Positions 18,368 through 27,029 of a DNA stretch of 32,241 bases are shown one piece after another. The notes below the pieces were generated by a model. The model was given only the letters and a program-made list of their open reading frames with translations. It ran no database searches and had not been told where the DNA came from. Every line of letters starts with the position of its first letter. The stretch's first letter is position 1. The translations under genes were made by a program, and so were the position numbers. The stretch comes from an uncultured Oscillospiraceae bacterium (GTDB lineage Bacteria; Bacillota; Clostridia; Oscillospirales; Oscillospiraceae), in NCBI GenBank assembly GCA_944385455.1, contig CALWXI010000149.1:1-32241 (forward strand), written 5' to 3'.

Positions 18368-20999
18368 TTGGATTTCCATCATATCGCTCTCCTGCTATCT
18401 GATTCTGTTTGTGACGTTCCTGGCGGCAAAAAAGACCCAGAAGGTGATGTACACCTTCATGGAGTTCCTGTTTGTGCTCATCTTCTGGAGCGGCGGCTCC
18501 TTTGCCATGCGCATCCAGCTGTGGCCGTCGGTGAACTTTTGGCATTATGTATCTCTTGCAGGCATTTTCCTGATCCCGGTGGTGTTCTACCACTTTGTGC
18601 TTGATTTTCTGGAGGAGCCCAGGGGCGGCGGGCGCTTTTTCTGGCTGCTGGTGTTCCTGGGGCTCATCGTCTTCAACATGCTGACGGACAGCCTGATCCC
18701 ATTGCCCCAGGTGGTGCGGGAAGGCGGCGGCGTTCAGTTCATCTACCACTATTCCTGGCGGATCTACGTGGCCTTTTTGCTGGTGGTGCTGTGCTGGGGA
18801 CAGCTGGCCTTCCTGATCCGGCGCCACTGCAAGGGCAACGGCGCGGTATTTGCACAGTTGATCCCGGTGCTGTGCGGCATCGGGACCATCTTCCTGGGCA
18901 ATATCCTGGCAACGCTGCCGTTTTTCCAGGGCTTCCCGCTGGACATTCTCTCCGGCGTGGCGAATGCGGGACTTTTGTTCTATGCACTGTATAAAAAGCA
19001 GCTGTTCCGCATGACCATGCTGATCTCCCGGCCCAACTGCTTTCTGCTCTCGTCTATCCTGGGTCTGCTGATTTCCTACAACTATCTGCTGCCCATCCAG
19101 AATTTTCTGGTGTATGTCATCGGGGTGGAGCACAACCATGCGCTGATCATCATGGCCATGTGCCTCCTGGTGTTCATCGGGCTTTTGTATCTCTTCATCA
19201 GCCTGCTGGTCAACGCCCTGTTTGTCCGGAGCGATCAGCAGCAGGGAATTTTGATCGCCCGCTTCAGCCAGGAGGTCACCAGTCTGCTGGGGACGGGGGA
19301 CATCCTGCGCAAGTTCTCCGACATCACCCAGGAAGCTCTGGGTGTGTACCGTATCTTTGCGCTGGTGCGCATGGAAGGGGAGGATTACAAGCTGCTCTTT
19401 ACCTCCAGTCCGCTGGAGGAGAAAAATATCTCCCTGCCTCCGGAGCATCCGCTGGTGCAGTATTTCCGGGAAAACAGCGGCTGCGTGCTGCAGCGGGAGT
19501 TTTCCCGCACCACCATGTATCGGGGCATGTGGGAAGATGAGAAGCGGCTCTTTTCCTCTCTGGGGATTGAGTGCTTCTGTCCGCTGATCTGTGAGGATGA
19601 GCTGCTGGGGATCGTCATGCTGGCCAGGAAGGAAGAGGGCGGTGTTTACCGCGTCAGTGACCTGAGCTTCCTGCAGGCCATCTCCACCATCTGTGCCATT
19701 GCTCTGAAGAATGCCTGCCTGTATGAAAAGGCGCTGAATGAGGCGCGGCAGGACGAGCTGACGGGCCTGATCAGCCGGAAGTATTTCTATGAGCTTCTGG
19801 GTCAGGAGTTTGACCGGAACCGGGGCGGCTCTCTGGCTCTGAGTATCATCAATGTGGATGACTTCAGTCTCTATAATCAGCTCTACGGCACCCACGAAGG
19901 CGACCTGGCGCTGCAGCGGATCGCGGCCATCATGAAGGCCAGTGTGGAACAAAGCTGCTATGCCGCCCGGATCAACGGCAAGGAATTTGCGCTGATCCTG
20001 CCGGGCTATGACATCTATTCGGCCAAGGTGCTGACGGAGACCATCGCCGCGCAGATCGGCGAGATCAACAGTCAGCGCAACAGCCATGTCCGCAGCCGCC
20101 TTACCGTCAGTGCCGGCATCTGCGCCGCGCCCTATATGGCCGCGTCTGCCAAGGAACTGCTGAAGAACGCGGACAGCGCGGTGTACAGCGTCAAGCGTGC
20201 CGGAAAGAACGCCGTTTTGATGTATTCCGAGGAAGTATACCGCAAGGAGATGGAGCAGCAGTCCCAGCACAAGAGCGGCTACAGCGAGCACGCCAGTACC
20301 ATCTATGCGCTGACGGCGGCCATCGACACCAAGGACCACTACACCTTCCAGCACTCCCAGAACGTGGCGTACTATGCCTCCGAGCTGGCCAGGGCCGCGG
20401 GGCTGGAGCATTATCTGGTGGAGATCGCCAAGGAGGCGGGGCTGCTCCACGACATCGGCAAGATCGGCATCCGGGAGGATATCCTCAACAAGACCGGGCG
20501 TCTGACGCCGGAGGAGTACGAGATCATGAAGAGCCACGTGGACAACGGCGTCAACATCATCCGTTATCTGCCGTCCCTGGACTATGTGATCCCGGCCGTC
20601 CTGTCCCATCATGAGCGTTATGACGGCAGGGGCTATCCCCGGAAACTGGCCGGAGAGGAGATCCCTCTGGCCGGCCGGATCCTGGCCATCACGGACGCCT
20701 TTGACGCCATGATTTCCCGCCGCAGCTACCGGGAGCCGCTGTCTGTGGAGCGGGCGCTGGCCATCCTGCGGGAGGAAAGCGGCAAGCAGTTCGATCCCAA
20801 CCTGGCGGCGCTGTTTGTGGAAATGGTGGAAAGCGGCCGTATCGAGCCCCAGATTCAAAAGAGCGTCACCCTGGAGAAGCTGGGGATGCCGCCGGTGGTG
20901 GTTCCCGACCGGCCGGTCTCTGCGGCCGCCGCGGTGCCGGCAGTGGCGCCTGTGGGAGTGCCGGCGGACGGGATGCCGGCTCCTGGAGATGGCCTCTGA
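18354..20999 (+). CDS. Multi-TM (HisKA_7TM-like) - GAF - degenerate GGDEF - HD-GYP phosphodiesterase
   Basis: About 9 N-terminal hydrophobic segments, GAF-like region (CPLICEDELLGIVML...IALKNA), GGDEF site reads NGKEF, HD-GYP motifs LLHDIGK, HHERYDGRGYP, DAFDAM. Confidence 0.9.
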   Translation: MSGYSWISIISLSCYLILFVTFLAAKKTQKVMYTFMEFLFVLIFWSGGSFAMRIQLWPSVNFWHYVSLAGIFLIPVVFYHFVLDFLEEPRGGGRFFWLLVFLGLIVFNMLTDSLIPLPQVVREGGGVQFIYHYSWRIYVAFLLVVLCWGQLAFLIRRHCKGNGAVFAQLIPVLCGIGTIFLGNILATLPFFQGFPLDILSGVANAGLLFYALYKKQLFRMTMLISRPNCFLLSSILGLLISYNYLLPIQNFLVYVIGVEHNHALIIMAMCLLVFIGLLYLFISLLVNALFVRSDQQQGILIARFSQEVTSLLGTGDILRKFSDITQEALGVYRIFALVRMEGEDYKLLFTSSPLEEKNISLPPEHPLVQYFRENSGCVLQREFSRTTMYRGMWEDEKRLFSSLGIECFCPLICEDELLGIVMLARKEEGGVYRVSDLSFLQAISTICAIALKNACLYEKALNEARQDELTGLISRKYFYELLGQEFDRNRGGSLALSIINVDDFSLYNQLYGTHEGDLALQRIAAIMKASVEQSCYAARINGKEFALILPGYDIYSAKVLTETIAAQIGEINSQRNSHVRSRLTVSAGICAAPYMAASAKELLKNADSAVYSVKRAGKNAVLMYSEEVYRKEMEQQSQHKSGYSEHASTIYALTAAIDTKDHYTFQHSQNVAYYASELARAAGLEHYLVEIAKEAGLLHDIGKIGIREDILNKTGRLTPEEYEIMKSHVDNGVNIIRYLPSLDYVIPAVLSHHERYDGRGYPRKLAGEEIPLAGRILAITDAFDAMISRRSYREPLSVERALAILREESGKQFDPNLAALFVEMVESGRIEPQIQKSVTLEKLGMPPVVVPDRPVSAAAAVPAVAPVGVPADGMPAPGDGL

Positions 21000-21022
21000 T
21001 GGAGCACAGGCCGTAAAGAGTC

Positions 21023-21060
21023 AGAAGGTCCCCGGCTTGAAGCCGGGGACCTTCTTTTTT
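21023..21060 (+). terminator. Intrinsic terminator between convergent HD-GYP and malic enzyme genes
   Basis: Perfect 15-bp stem AGAAGGTCCCCGGCT/AGCCGGGGACCTTCT plus T run. Confidence 0.9.
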
Positions 21061-21084
21061 GCGGTGTTGCGGGAATGGAACCGC

Positions 21085-22260
21085 TCAGATCCGGGCCACG
21101 CCGGAATCCCGGGCGGCCTGGGCCACGGCGGAAGCCACTGCGTCCTTGACCCGGGGGTCAAAAGCGGCGGGGATGATGTAGTCGGCGGAGAGTTCCTCGT
21201 CGGAGATGAGGCCTGCCAGGGCCTGGGCAGCGGCGATCTTCATGGCGTCGTTGATGTCGCTGGCACGAGCGTCCAGAGCGCCCCGGAAGATGCCCGGGAA
21301 GGCCAGGACGTTGTTGATCTGATTGGGATAGTCGCTGCGGCCGGTGGCCACCACCGCCGCGCCGCCGGCGCGGGCCTCGTCAGGGAAAATCTCGGGGGTG
21401 GGGTTGGCGCAGGCAAAGATGACGGCGTCCCTGCGCATGGTGCGCACCATGTCGGCGGTGACCATGCCGGGAGCGGAGACGCCGATAAACACGTCGGCGT
21501 CCGCCAGCACGTCCGCCAGAGAGCCGGTGTGCTTGGCGGGGTTGGTGACCTGGGCCATCTCCTCCTTGACCCAGTTCATGCCCACGGTACGTCCGGTGTA
21601 GATGGCGCCCTTGCGGTCGCAGAGGGTGACGTCCGGATATCCGGCGGAGAGCAACAGCTTCGTGATGGAGATGGCGGCGGCGCCTGCGCCGTTGATGACC
21701 ACCCGGACCTCCTCCGGCCGCTTGGCCACCACCTTCAGTGCGTTGGTGAGGCCTGCCAGGGTGATGACGGCGGTGCCGTGCTGGTCATCATGGAAGATGG
21801 GAATATCGCAGCTCTCCTTGAGCTTCTGCTCGATCTCAAAGCAGCGGGGAGCGGCGATATCCTGCAGGTTCACGCCGCCGAAGGAGCCGGCCAGCAGAGC
21901 CACGGTGTTGACGATGTCGTCCACGTCCTTGCTGCGCACACACAGGGGTACGGCGTCCACGCCGCCGAAGGCCTTGAACAGCACGCACTTGCCCTCCATC
22001 ACCGGCATGCCTGCCTCGGGGCCGATGTCGCCCAGGCCCAGCACGGCGGTGCCGTCGGTGACCACCGCCACGGTATTCCAACGGCGGGTGAGCTCGTAGC
22101 TCTTGTTCACGTCCCTCTGGATCTCCAGGCAGGGCTGGGCCACGCCGGGGGCGTAGGCCAGGGAGAGCGCTTCCTTGCTGTCCACGGCGGCCCGAGGGAC
22201 CATCTCCAGCTTGCCTTTCCACTGGTAGTGCAGCCGCAGGGATTCCTTTGCGTAATCCAT
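21085..22260 (-). CDS. NAD(P)-dependent malic enzyme (small MaeB/YtsJ-like type)
   Basis: VTDGTAVLGLGDIG, PVMEGK, IFHDDQHGTA, GAGAA, ANPTPEI, ATGRSDYPNQINN. Confidence 0.94.
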   Translation of the reverse strand: MDYAKESLRLHYQWKGKLEMVPRAAVDSKEALSLAYAPGVAQPCLEIQRDVNKSYELTRRWNTVAVVTDGTAVLGLGDIGPEAGMPVMEGKCVLFKAFGGVDAVPLCVRSKDVDDIVNTVALLAGSFGGVNLQDIAAPRCFEIEQKLKESCDIPIFHDDQHGTAVITLAGLTNALKVVAKRPEEVRVVINGAGAAAISITKLLLSAGYPDVTLCDRKGAIYTGRTVGMNWVKEEMAQVTNPAKHTGSLADVLADADVFIGVSAPGMVTADMVRTMRRDAVIFACANPTPEIFPDEARAGGAAVVATGRSDYPNQINNVLAFPGIFRGALDARASDINDAMKIAAAQALAGLISDEELSADYIIPAAFDPRVKDAVASAVAQAARDSGVARI

Positions 22261-22323
22261 GGTTCCATACTCCTTTCATTTTTCGAAAAGAAATTTCATT
22301 TTATGGAAATCGCTGTCGCTTCC

Positions 22324-22353
22324 ATTATAATGCACTGCGGGCGGGGATGTCAA
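22324..22353 (-). promoter_or_regulatory. Sigma-A promoter of the malic enzyme gene
   Basis: TTGACA-18 bp-TATAAT. Confidence 0.75.
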
Positions 22354-22370
22354 TTCCCGACGGAAGAACC

Positions 22371-22399
22371 TTGAAATCCTAGTTTTCCTATGGCAAAAT
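22371..22399 (+). promoter_or_regulatory. Probable promoter of the Rrf2 gene
   Basis: TTGAAA-17 bp-CAAAAT with extended TG. Confidence 0.5.
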
Positions 22400-22421
22400 A
22401 GAGGCGAGAGGAGGGGGCGGC

Positions 22422-22829
22422 TTGAAGATTTCGACGAAGGGGCGCTACGCCCTGCGTCTGATGGCGGACATCGCTGCTCACGAACAGGACGGCTTTGTCT
22501 CTTTGAAGGACGTGGCTGCCCGGCAGGAGATCTCCGTGAAGTATTTGGAGCAGATCGCCGGGACACTGTCCCGAGCAGGCTTTTTGTACAGCGGCCGGGG
22601 GGCCCAGGGCGGTTACCGGCTGGCCCGGGAGCCGGGGACGTATACCGTGGGCAGCATCCTGCGGCTGACGGAGGGAAACCTGGCGCCGGTAGCATGTCTG
22701 GATGGGGAGGAGAACCGCTGCGCCCGCTGCGGGGAGTGTCCCACACTGCCCTTCTGGGAGGGGCTGTATCGCACCGTCAATGACTATATCGACCGATATA
22801 CCCTGGCGGATCTGATGAAGCAGATGTGA
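22422..22829 (+). CDS. Rrf2-family transcriptional regulator (IscR/CymR-like, Cys-rich C-terminus)
   Basis: MKISTKGRYALR, YLEQI, RGAQGGYRLA, VACLDGEENRCARCGEC; TTG start with strong RBS. Confidence 0.93.
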   Translation: MKISTKGRYALRLMADIAAHEQDGFVSLKDVAARQEISVKYLEQIAGTLSRAGFLYSGRGAQGGYRLAREPGTYTVGSILRLTEGNLAPVACLDGEENRCARCGECPTLPFWEGLYRTVNDYIDRYTLADLMKQM

Positions 22830-22832
22830 ACC

Positions 22833-22862
22833 AAAAAACGCACCCCCTCGGGGGTGCGTTTT
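22833..22862. terminator. Bidirectional terminator between Rrf2 and larC
   Basis: AAAAAACGCACCCCC-tc-GGGGGTGCGTTTT. Confidence 0.88.
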
Positions 22863-22869
22863 GCTGCTT

Positions 22870-24147
22870 TCAGGAATCCAGCTCTGCGGCGATGTCGGTC
22901 AGGCTCCGCCCGGTCCGCCGGGCGATATCGGCCAGATCCTCGTATTCATATTTGCGCCGGTGGACGCCATAACCGGAGGCGGACTTTACCCGTACGCTTC
23001 CCCAGGGGGTCTCCCGGGTGTCTTCAGACCGCTCCAGTACATACCGGCGGCACAGGCTCTCCCGTACTCCCAGAGTGGTGGTGTGGCGGAAGAGCAGCGC
23101 TGCCATCCGTTCCCGGTCCTCCGGGCGGCACAGCAGCCGCAGCAGCGTGGCGGGCCGGGATTTCTTCATGCCGATGGGAGAGGTGAACACGTCCAGAGCC
23201 CCGGCGGCGAGGAGCTGCTCCATGGCAAAGCCCAGGGCCTCGCCGGTCATGTCGTCCACATTGCAGGCCAGCTCCGCCACCGTGTCCGAATCGCCCGCTG
23301 TCTCACCCAGCATGGCCCGGACGCAGTTGGCGGCGGGAAAGTCCTTTTTGCCCATGCCGTAGCCCACCGCCTGGAGGCACATGGCGGGCATATCGCCGAA
23401 GCGGGAGGCGAAGTGCATCAGCAAGGCCGCGCCAGTGGGGGTGCACAGCTCTCCCTGAATGGAGCCGCCGTAGATGGGGGCGCCTCGGAGAATGTGGGCT
23501 GTGGCGGGCGCGGGCACTGGCAGAACGCCGTGGGCGCAGCGGACCTGGCCGCTGCCCACGTGAATGGGGGAGACCACCACTTCGTCCACAGCCAGCTTCT
23601 CCATCAGCAGGCATACCGCCGTGATGTCCGCCACGGCGTCCATGGCGCCGACCTCGTGGAAATGGACTTGCGACACCGGCACGCCGTGGGCATGACTCTC
23701 CGCCTCCGCAATGAGGCCGTACACCGCCATCACGTCCGCCTTCACCTTGTCCGACAGCGGCAGATGATGCTCCACCAGATGGGCGATGTCCGCCATGCTG
23801 CTGTGGGTGTGGGAATGCTCGTGGCCGTGGGGGTGGTCATGATCGTGGGGATGGTCATGATCGTGATCGTGGACCGGCTCCTCCGTATGGGAATGCGGAT
23901 GGGAGAGAGCATGGTCGTGGCCGTGATGGTCGTGGCTCTCCTCTTCTTTCCCGTGGACCAGGACCCGCAGGTGGGAGCCGGTGATGCCGCATTTGACGGC
24001 GGGCTCCAGCTCCGCCGTCACCCCCGGGATGCCCAGGGCGTTGAGTTCCCGGACGAAGGCCGCCGGATCCGGCAGCAGCTCCGCCAGCGCGGCGGCCAGC
24101 ATATCGACGGCAGCGCCCATTCTGCAGTCCAGATACAGTGTTTTCAT
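22870..24147 (-). CDS. larC: Nickel-pincer cofactor nickel insertase LarC (single ORF, His-rich)
   Basis: LYLDC..G..xDM, His-rich tract, AEAESHAHG, HFHEVGAMDA, PVPAPAT, ELCTPTGA, NVDD, MKKSRP, TTTLGVR, EYED. Confidence 0.95.
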   Translation of the reverse strand: MKTLYLDCRMGAAVDMLAAALAELLPDPAAFVRELNALGIPGVTAELEPAVKCGITGSHLRVLVHGKEEESHDHHGHDHALSHPHSHTEEPVHDHDHDHPHDHDHPHGHEHSHTHSSMADIAHLVEHHLPLSDKVKADVMAVYGLIAEAESHAHGVPVSQVHFHEVGAMDAVADITAVCLLMEKLAVDEVVVSPIHVGSGQVRCAHGVLPVPAPATAHILRGAPIYGGSIQGELCTPTGAALLMHFASRFGDMPAMCLQAVGYGMGKKDFPAANCVRAMLGETAGDSDTVAELACNVDDMTGEALGFAMEQLLAAGALDVFTSPIGMKKSRPATLLRLLCRPEDRERMAALLFRHTTTLGVRESLCRRYVLERSEDTRETPWGSVRVKSASGYGVHRRKYEYEDLADIARRTGRSLTDIAAELDS

Positions 24148-24911
24148 GCCTGTCCCTCCTTGTTTCCATCCATATGATTGATCATACTGGCCAGATATCC
24201 CGCGCCGAAGCCGTTGTCGATGTTTACCACCGACACACCGCTGGCACAGGAGTTGAGCATGGACAGCAGCGCGGACAGCCCGCCGAAGGAGGCACCATAG
24301 CCCACGCTGGTGGGCACCGCGATGACGGGGCAGTCGGCAAGGCCGCCGATGACGCTGGCCAGAGCGCCCTCCATGCCGGCGATGGCCACGATGACGCTGG
24401 CACTCATGATCTCATCCAGATGGGCCAGGGTCCGGTGTAGGCCCGCCACGCCCACGTCGTACAGCCGCACCACCCGGTTGCCCAGCACCTGGGCGGTGAG
24501 GGCTGCCTCCTCCGCCACCGGCTGGTCGCTGGTGCCGCCGGTGGCTACCACAATGGTGCCCAGGCCGCTGGGCTCCGGCAGGGCGCCCAGGATGCCTACC
24601 CGGGCGTCGGGATGGTAGTCCAGGGGATGGGTCCGGGATACGATCTCCGCGGCCTCCGGGGAGAGGCGGGTGATGAGTACCGTGTCCTGACCGTTCTGCA
24701 CCATGACCTCCAGGATGCCGGCGATCTGCTCCGGTGTCTTTCCGGCGCCGTAGATCACCTCCGCCGCCCCCTGGCGGGCTTTGCGGTGCAGGTCCACCTT
24801 GGCGTAGCCGATGTCCTGAAAGGGCTGGCATTTGATCTTCAGCACGGCCTCCTCCACGGAGAGCGTGCCGTCATGCACCGCCTCCAGTGTGCGCTTGAGT
24901 TCACTGTTCAT
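24144..24911 (-). CDS. larB: Nickel-pincer cofactor biosynthesis carboxylase/hydrolase LarB
   Basis: AKVDLHR, EVIYGAGKT, GTSD, DVGVAGLHR, AGMEGAL, VPTSVGYG, SCASG, VVNIDNGFGA. Confidence 0.95.
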   Translation of the reverse strand: MNSELKRTLEAVHDGTLSVEEAVLKIKCQPFQDIGYAKVDLHRKARQGAAEVIYGAGKTPEQIAGILEVMVQNGQDTVLITRLSPEAAEIVSRTHPLDYHPDARVGILGALPEPSGLGTIVVATGGTSDQPVAEEAALTAQVLGNRVVRLYDVGVAGLHRTLAHLDEIMSASVIVAIAGMEGALASVIGGLADCPVIAVPTSVGYGASFGGLSALLSMLNSCASGVSVVNIDNGFGAGYLASMINHMDGNKEGQA

Positions 24912-25653
24912 CTCGTACCTCCAGATCCAGCATAACGCCGTCGTACTGTTTGCCCAAAGTCTCCAGGATCTCCGGCCGCCGCTCCAGCGCCAGCGGCAGC
25001 TGGGAGGGGCGGACCTGGATCCGGGCGCAGCCGTGGAAGGTCCGTACCCGGAAATCGGAAAAGCCCATGGCTGCCAGGGCCGTTTCCGCCGATTCGGTGA
25101 GGGCCAGGGCCTCCGGAGTGATGGGAGTCCCGGCGGGGATACGGGTGGCCAGGCAGGCGTAGGCGGGACTGTCCCAGGAAAAGAGTCCCGCCTCGTGGGA
25201 AAGACGCCGGATCTCCGCCTTGGTGAGGCCGCACTCCCGCAGGGGAGAGCGGACGGCCAGCTCCCGCAGGGCCCGCATGCCCGGCCGGTCCGACGCGTCG
25301 TCGGAGGCGTTGGTGCCGTCCAGGATCAGGGAAAGGCCGTCGGCCCGGGCGGCGGCGTGGATGGCGGAGAAAATGGCCCGCTTGCAGTGGTAGCAGCGGT
25401 CCGGCGGATTGTTCCGCACGTCTGGCAGTGCCAGCACATCGGCCTCCACCACCCGCAGTTCCGTTCCCAGCTGCCGGGTCAGGCGCCGGGCGTCCTCCAG
25501 CTCAAAGGCGGGCTGGAAGGGAGAGCGGACGAAGTAGGGACGAAGGTGAGCGCCGCAGGCAAGGCCCGCGTGCAGCAGGTAAGCCGAGTCCACGCCGCCG
25601 GAAAAGGCCAGAGCGGCGGCGGGATGGTCCCGGAAAAAGTCGTTGAGCGTCAT
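24901..25653 (-). CDS. larE: ATP-dependent sulfur transferase LarE
   Basis: PP-loop AFSGGVDS, NPPDRCYHCK, DGTNASD...DRPG, ACLATRIP, DFRVR; ATG 25653 (or GTG 25659). Confidence 0.94.
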   Translation of the reverse strand: MTLNDFFRDHPAAALAFSGGVDSAYLLHAGLACGAHLRPYFVRSPFQPAFELEDARRLTRQLGTELRVVEADVLALPDVRNNPPDRCYHCKRAIFSAIHAAARADGLSLILDGTNASDDASDRPGMRALRELAVRSPLRECGLTKAEIRRLSHEAGLFSWDSPAYACLATRIPAGTPITPEALALTESAETALAAMGFSDFRVRTFHGCARIQVRPSQLPLALERRPEILETLGKQYDGVMLDLEVRDEQ

Positions 25654-25677
25654 GTGCACCTCACGGATAGCGGATCT

Positions 25678-26214
25678 TCAGACATGGAAGCGGTCGTATG
25701 GGACGAAGCAGTCCAGGCACAGGGGTTTCCCGTCCTGCATGCGGATCATGCTCTCGGCGGTGGACTCCCCGCAGCAGCTGCAGGTCACGGACCGGAACAG
25801 CCGGGCCGGCTCCGGCAGGGGGAAGCGCACCGGCATGGCGTCAAAGAGGTCGCGGGGCTTTTGGGACTGGTAGTAGGCAAAGGACTCCTCCCGGGACATT
25901 TCCCGGGGCCGGGGCCGCAGGCACAGCCGGACGGACCGGCCGGTGGCGCGGCTGTAGAAGGAGAAGGCCTGCTTGCCCCGCATGCGGAAAAGAAGGTTTC
26001 CCTTGCCCACGCTGCAGCCCAGGATCACCTGAATGGCGTCCACGCCGCAGGCGTCGTTTTCCGACACGCATACCACCTGCTCGTCGGGGGAAAAAGTCAG
26101 TTCCAGCAGCTCCGCGGCGTACAGCGCGGCCTTGAAGCCGATGGTCAGTCCGCCGCAGGCGCGGCCGTGGAAGGCCACGCAGCGTTCCCAAAGGGTATGT
26201 TCATCCATCATCAT
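25678..26214 (-). CDS. FmdE-family protein with C-terminal Zn finger
   Basis: FHGRACGGLTIG, ENDACGVDAIQVILGCSVGKGNL, C-terminal CSCCGE...CLDC; ATG cluster 26214/26211/26208 after AGGAG. Confidence 0.9.
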   Translation of the reverse strand: MMMDEHTLWERCVAFHGRACGGLTIGFKAALYAAELLELTFSPDEQVVCVSENDACGVDAIQVILGCSVGKGNLLFRMRGKQAFSFYSRATGRSVRLCLRPRPREMSREESFAYYQSQKPRDLFDAMPVRFPLPEPARLFRSVTCSCCGESTAESMIRMQDGKPLCLDCFVPYDRFHV

Positions 26215-27029
26215 ATCACTCCTACGGTCGATTGTATAGAGGCGGGGACCTGCCAGTACAGGGTCATCACCTGGCTGGTGAGGACCTCCTCCACGATCCC
26301 GTTTTCCGCCCGGGCCGCCACGGCCCGGCGGATCGTCTGCTCCTGGGCGCCTGTGAGGGGCCCCTGAAGCCGGGCGCGGTCCAAACACCAGGCGGTCATG
26401 TCTGCCTGGGATTTGCGGTGGCGGGACTGGAACGGCCGGATGCGCACGCCGGGGACACAGCCCAGAGCGTCCAGACAGGCCCGGGCGTACTCCATCTCCC
26501 GGTCCCGGTCCCGGGAGGGGGGGATGCCCGCCTCGGAGAGCACCGCGTCCAGCACGGCGTCGCTGCGCTGGGTATGCTTTTCCAGCACACACCAGCGGCG
26601 GGAGCAGTCCATCATCCGCCGGAAGGCGTCATAGCCCGCCACGGCGGGGGTCATCCTAGCAAAGACCAGGTCGAACCCGCCCGGCTCCAGCCGGGTTTCA
26701 AGCCAGCTCCCGCACTGGAAGGTCACATTGCGGCCTCCGTCCTCCAGCGCCCGCCGCTGCGCCAGAGAGATCATCTCCGGCGAGAGGTCCACGCCCAGGC
26801 AGGCGCGCCCCGCCTTGGCCAGGGCCAGGGCATAGCGCCCGTCGCCGCAGCCGATATCCAGGCACCGGTCTCCCGGGGCGGACAGCTCCAGCAGCAGGCG
26901 CAGGGAAGCGTCGCGCGCATCCGGCAGAGGGCGGCCCGCCCACTCCGATGCCGCCCGGTCCCAGATGGACCGCTGGATCTCCACGCCGCCGGAGGCGGTC
27001 CACGCCCGGCGGATCTCCTCCAGCGTCAT
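26211..27029 (-). CDS. Class I SAM-dependent methyltransferase
   Basis: CLDIGCGDG, GVDLSPEMI, FDLVFARMTPA. Confidence 0.88.
   Translation of the reverse strand: MTLEEIRRAWTASGGVEIQRSIWDRAASEWAGRPLPDARDASLRLLLELSAPGDRCLDIGCGDGRYALALAKAGRACLGVDLSPEMISLAQRRALEDGGRNVTFQCGSWLETRLEPGGFDLVFARMTPAVAGYDAFRRMMDCSRRWCVLEKHTQRSDAVLDAVLSEAGIPPSRDRDREMEYARACLDALGCVPGVRIRPFQSRHRKSQADMTAWCLDRARLQGPLTGAQEQTIRRAVAARAENGIVEEVLTSQVMTLYWQVPASIQSTVGVI

Noticed and set aside
18297-20858. 853-aa antisense ORF, and similar long shadow ORFs (e.g. 29808-31871 +, 16637-18382 -, 4512-6023 -, 8185-9528 -)
   Set aside because: They lie opposite motif-rich genes, have no recognisable motifs, and are expected from stop-poor antisense frames in high-GC coding DNA.
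20880-20999. Pro/Ala/Val-rich C-terminal tail of the HD-GYP protein
   Set aside because: Low-complexity tail without a recognisable motif; no function can be supported.
12660-21084. Mobile-element origin for the c-di-GMP/GH3 operon
   Set aside because: No integrase, transposase or flanking direct repeats noticed; base composition looks similar to neighbours by eye.
23800-23940. Repetitive CAC/GAT/CAT tract
   Set aside because: It encodes the His-rich nickel-binding linker expected in LarC; not a separate repeat element, and no frameshift is needed here.
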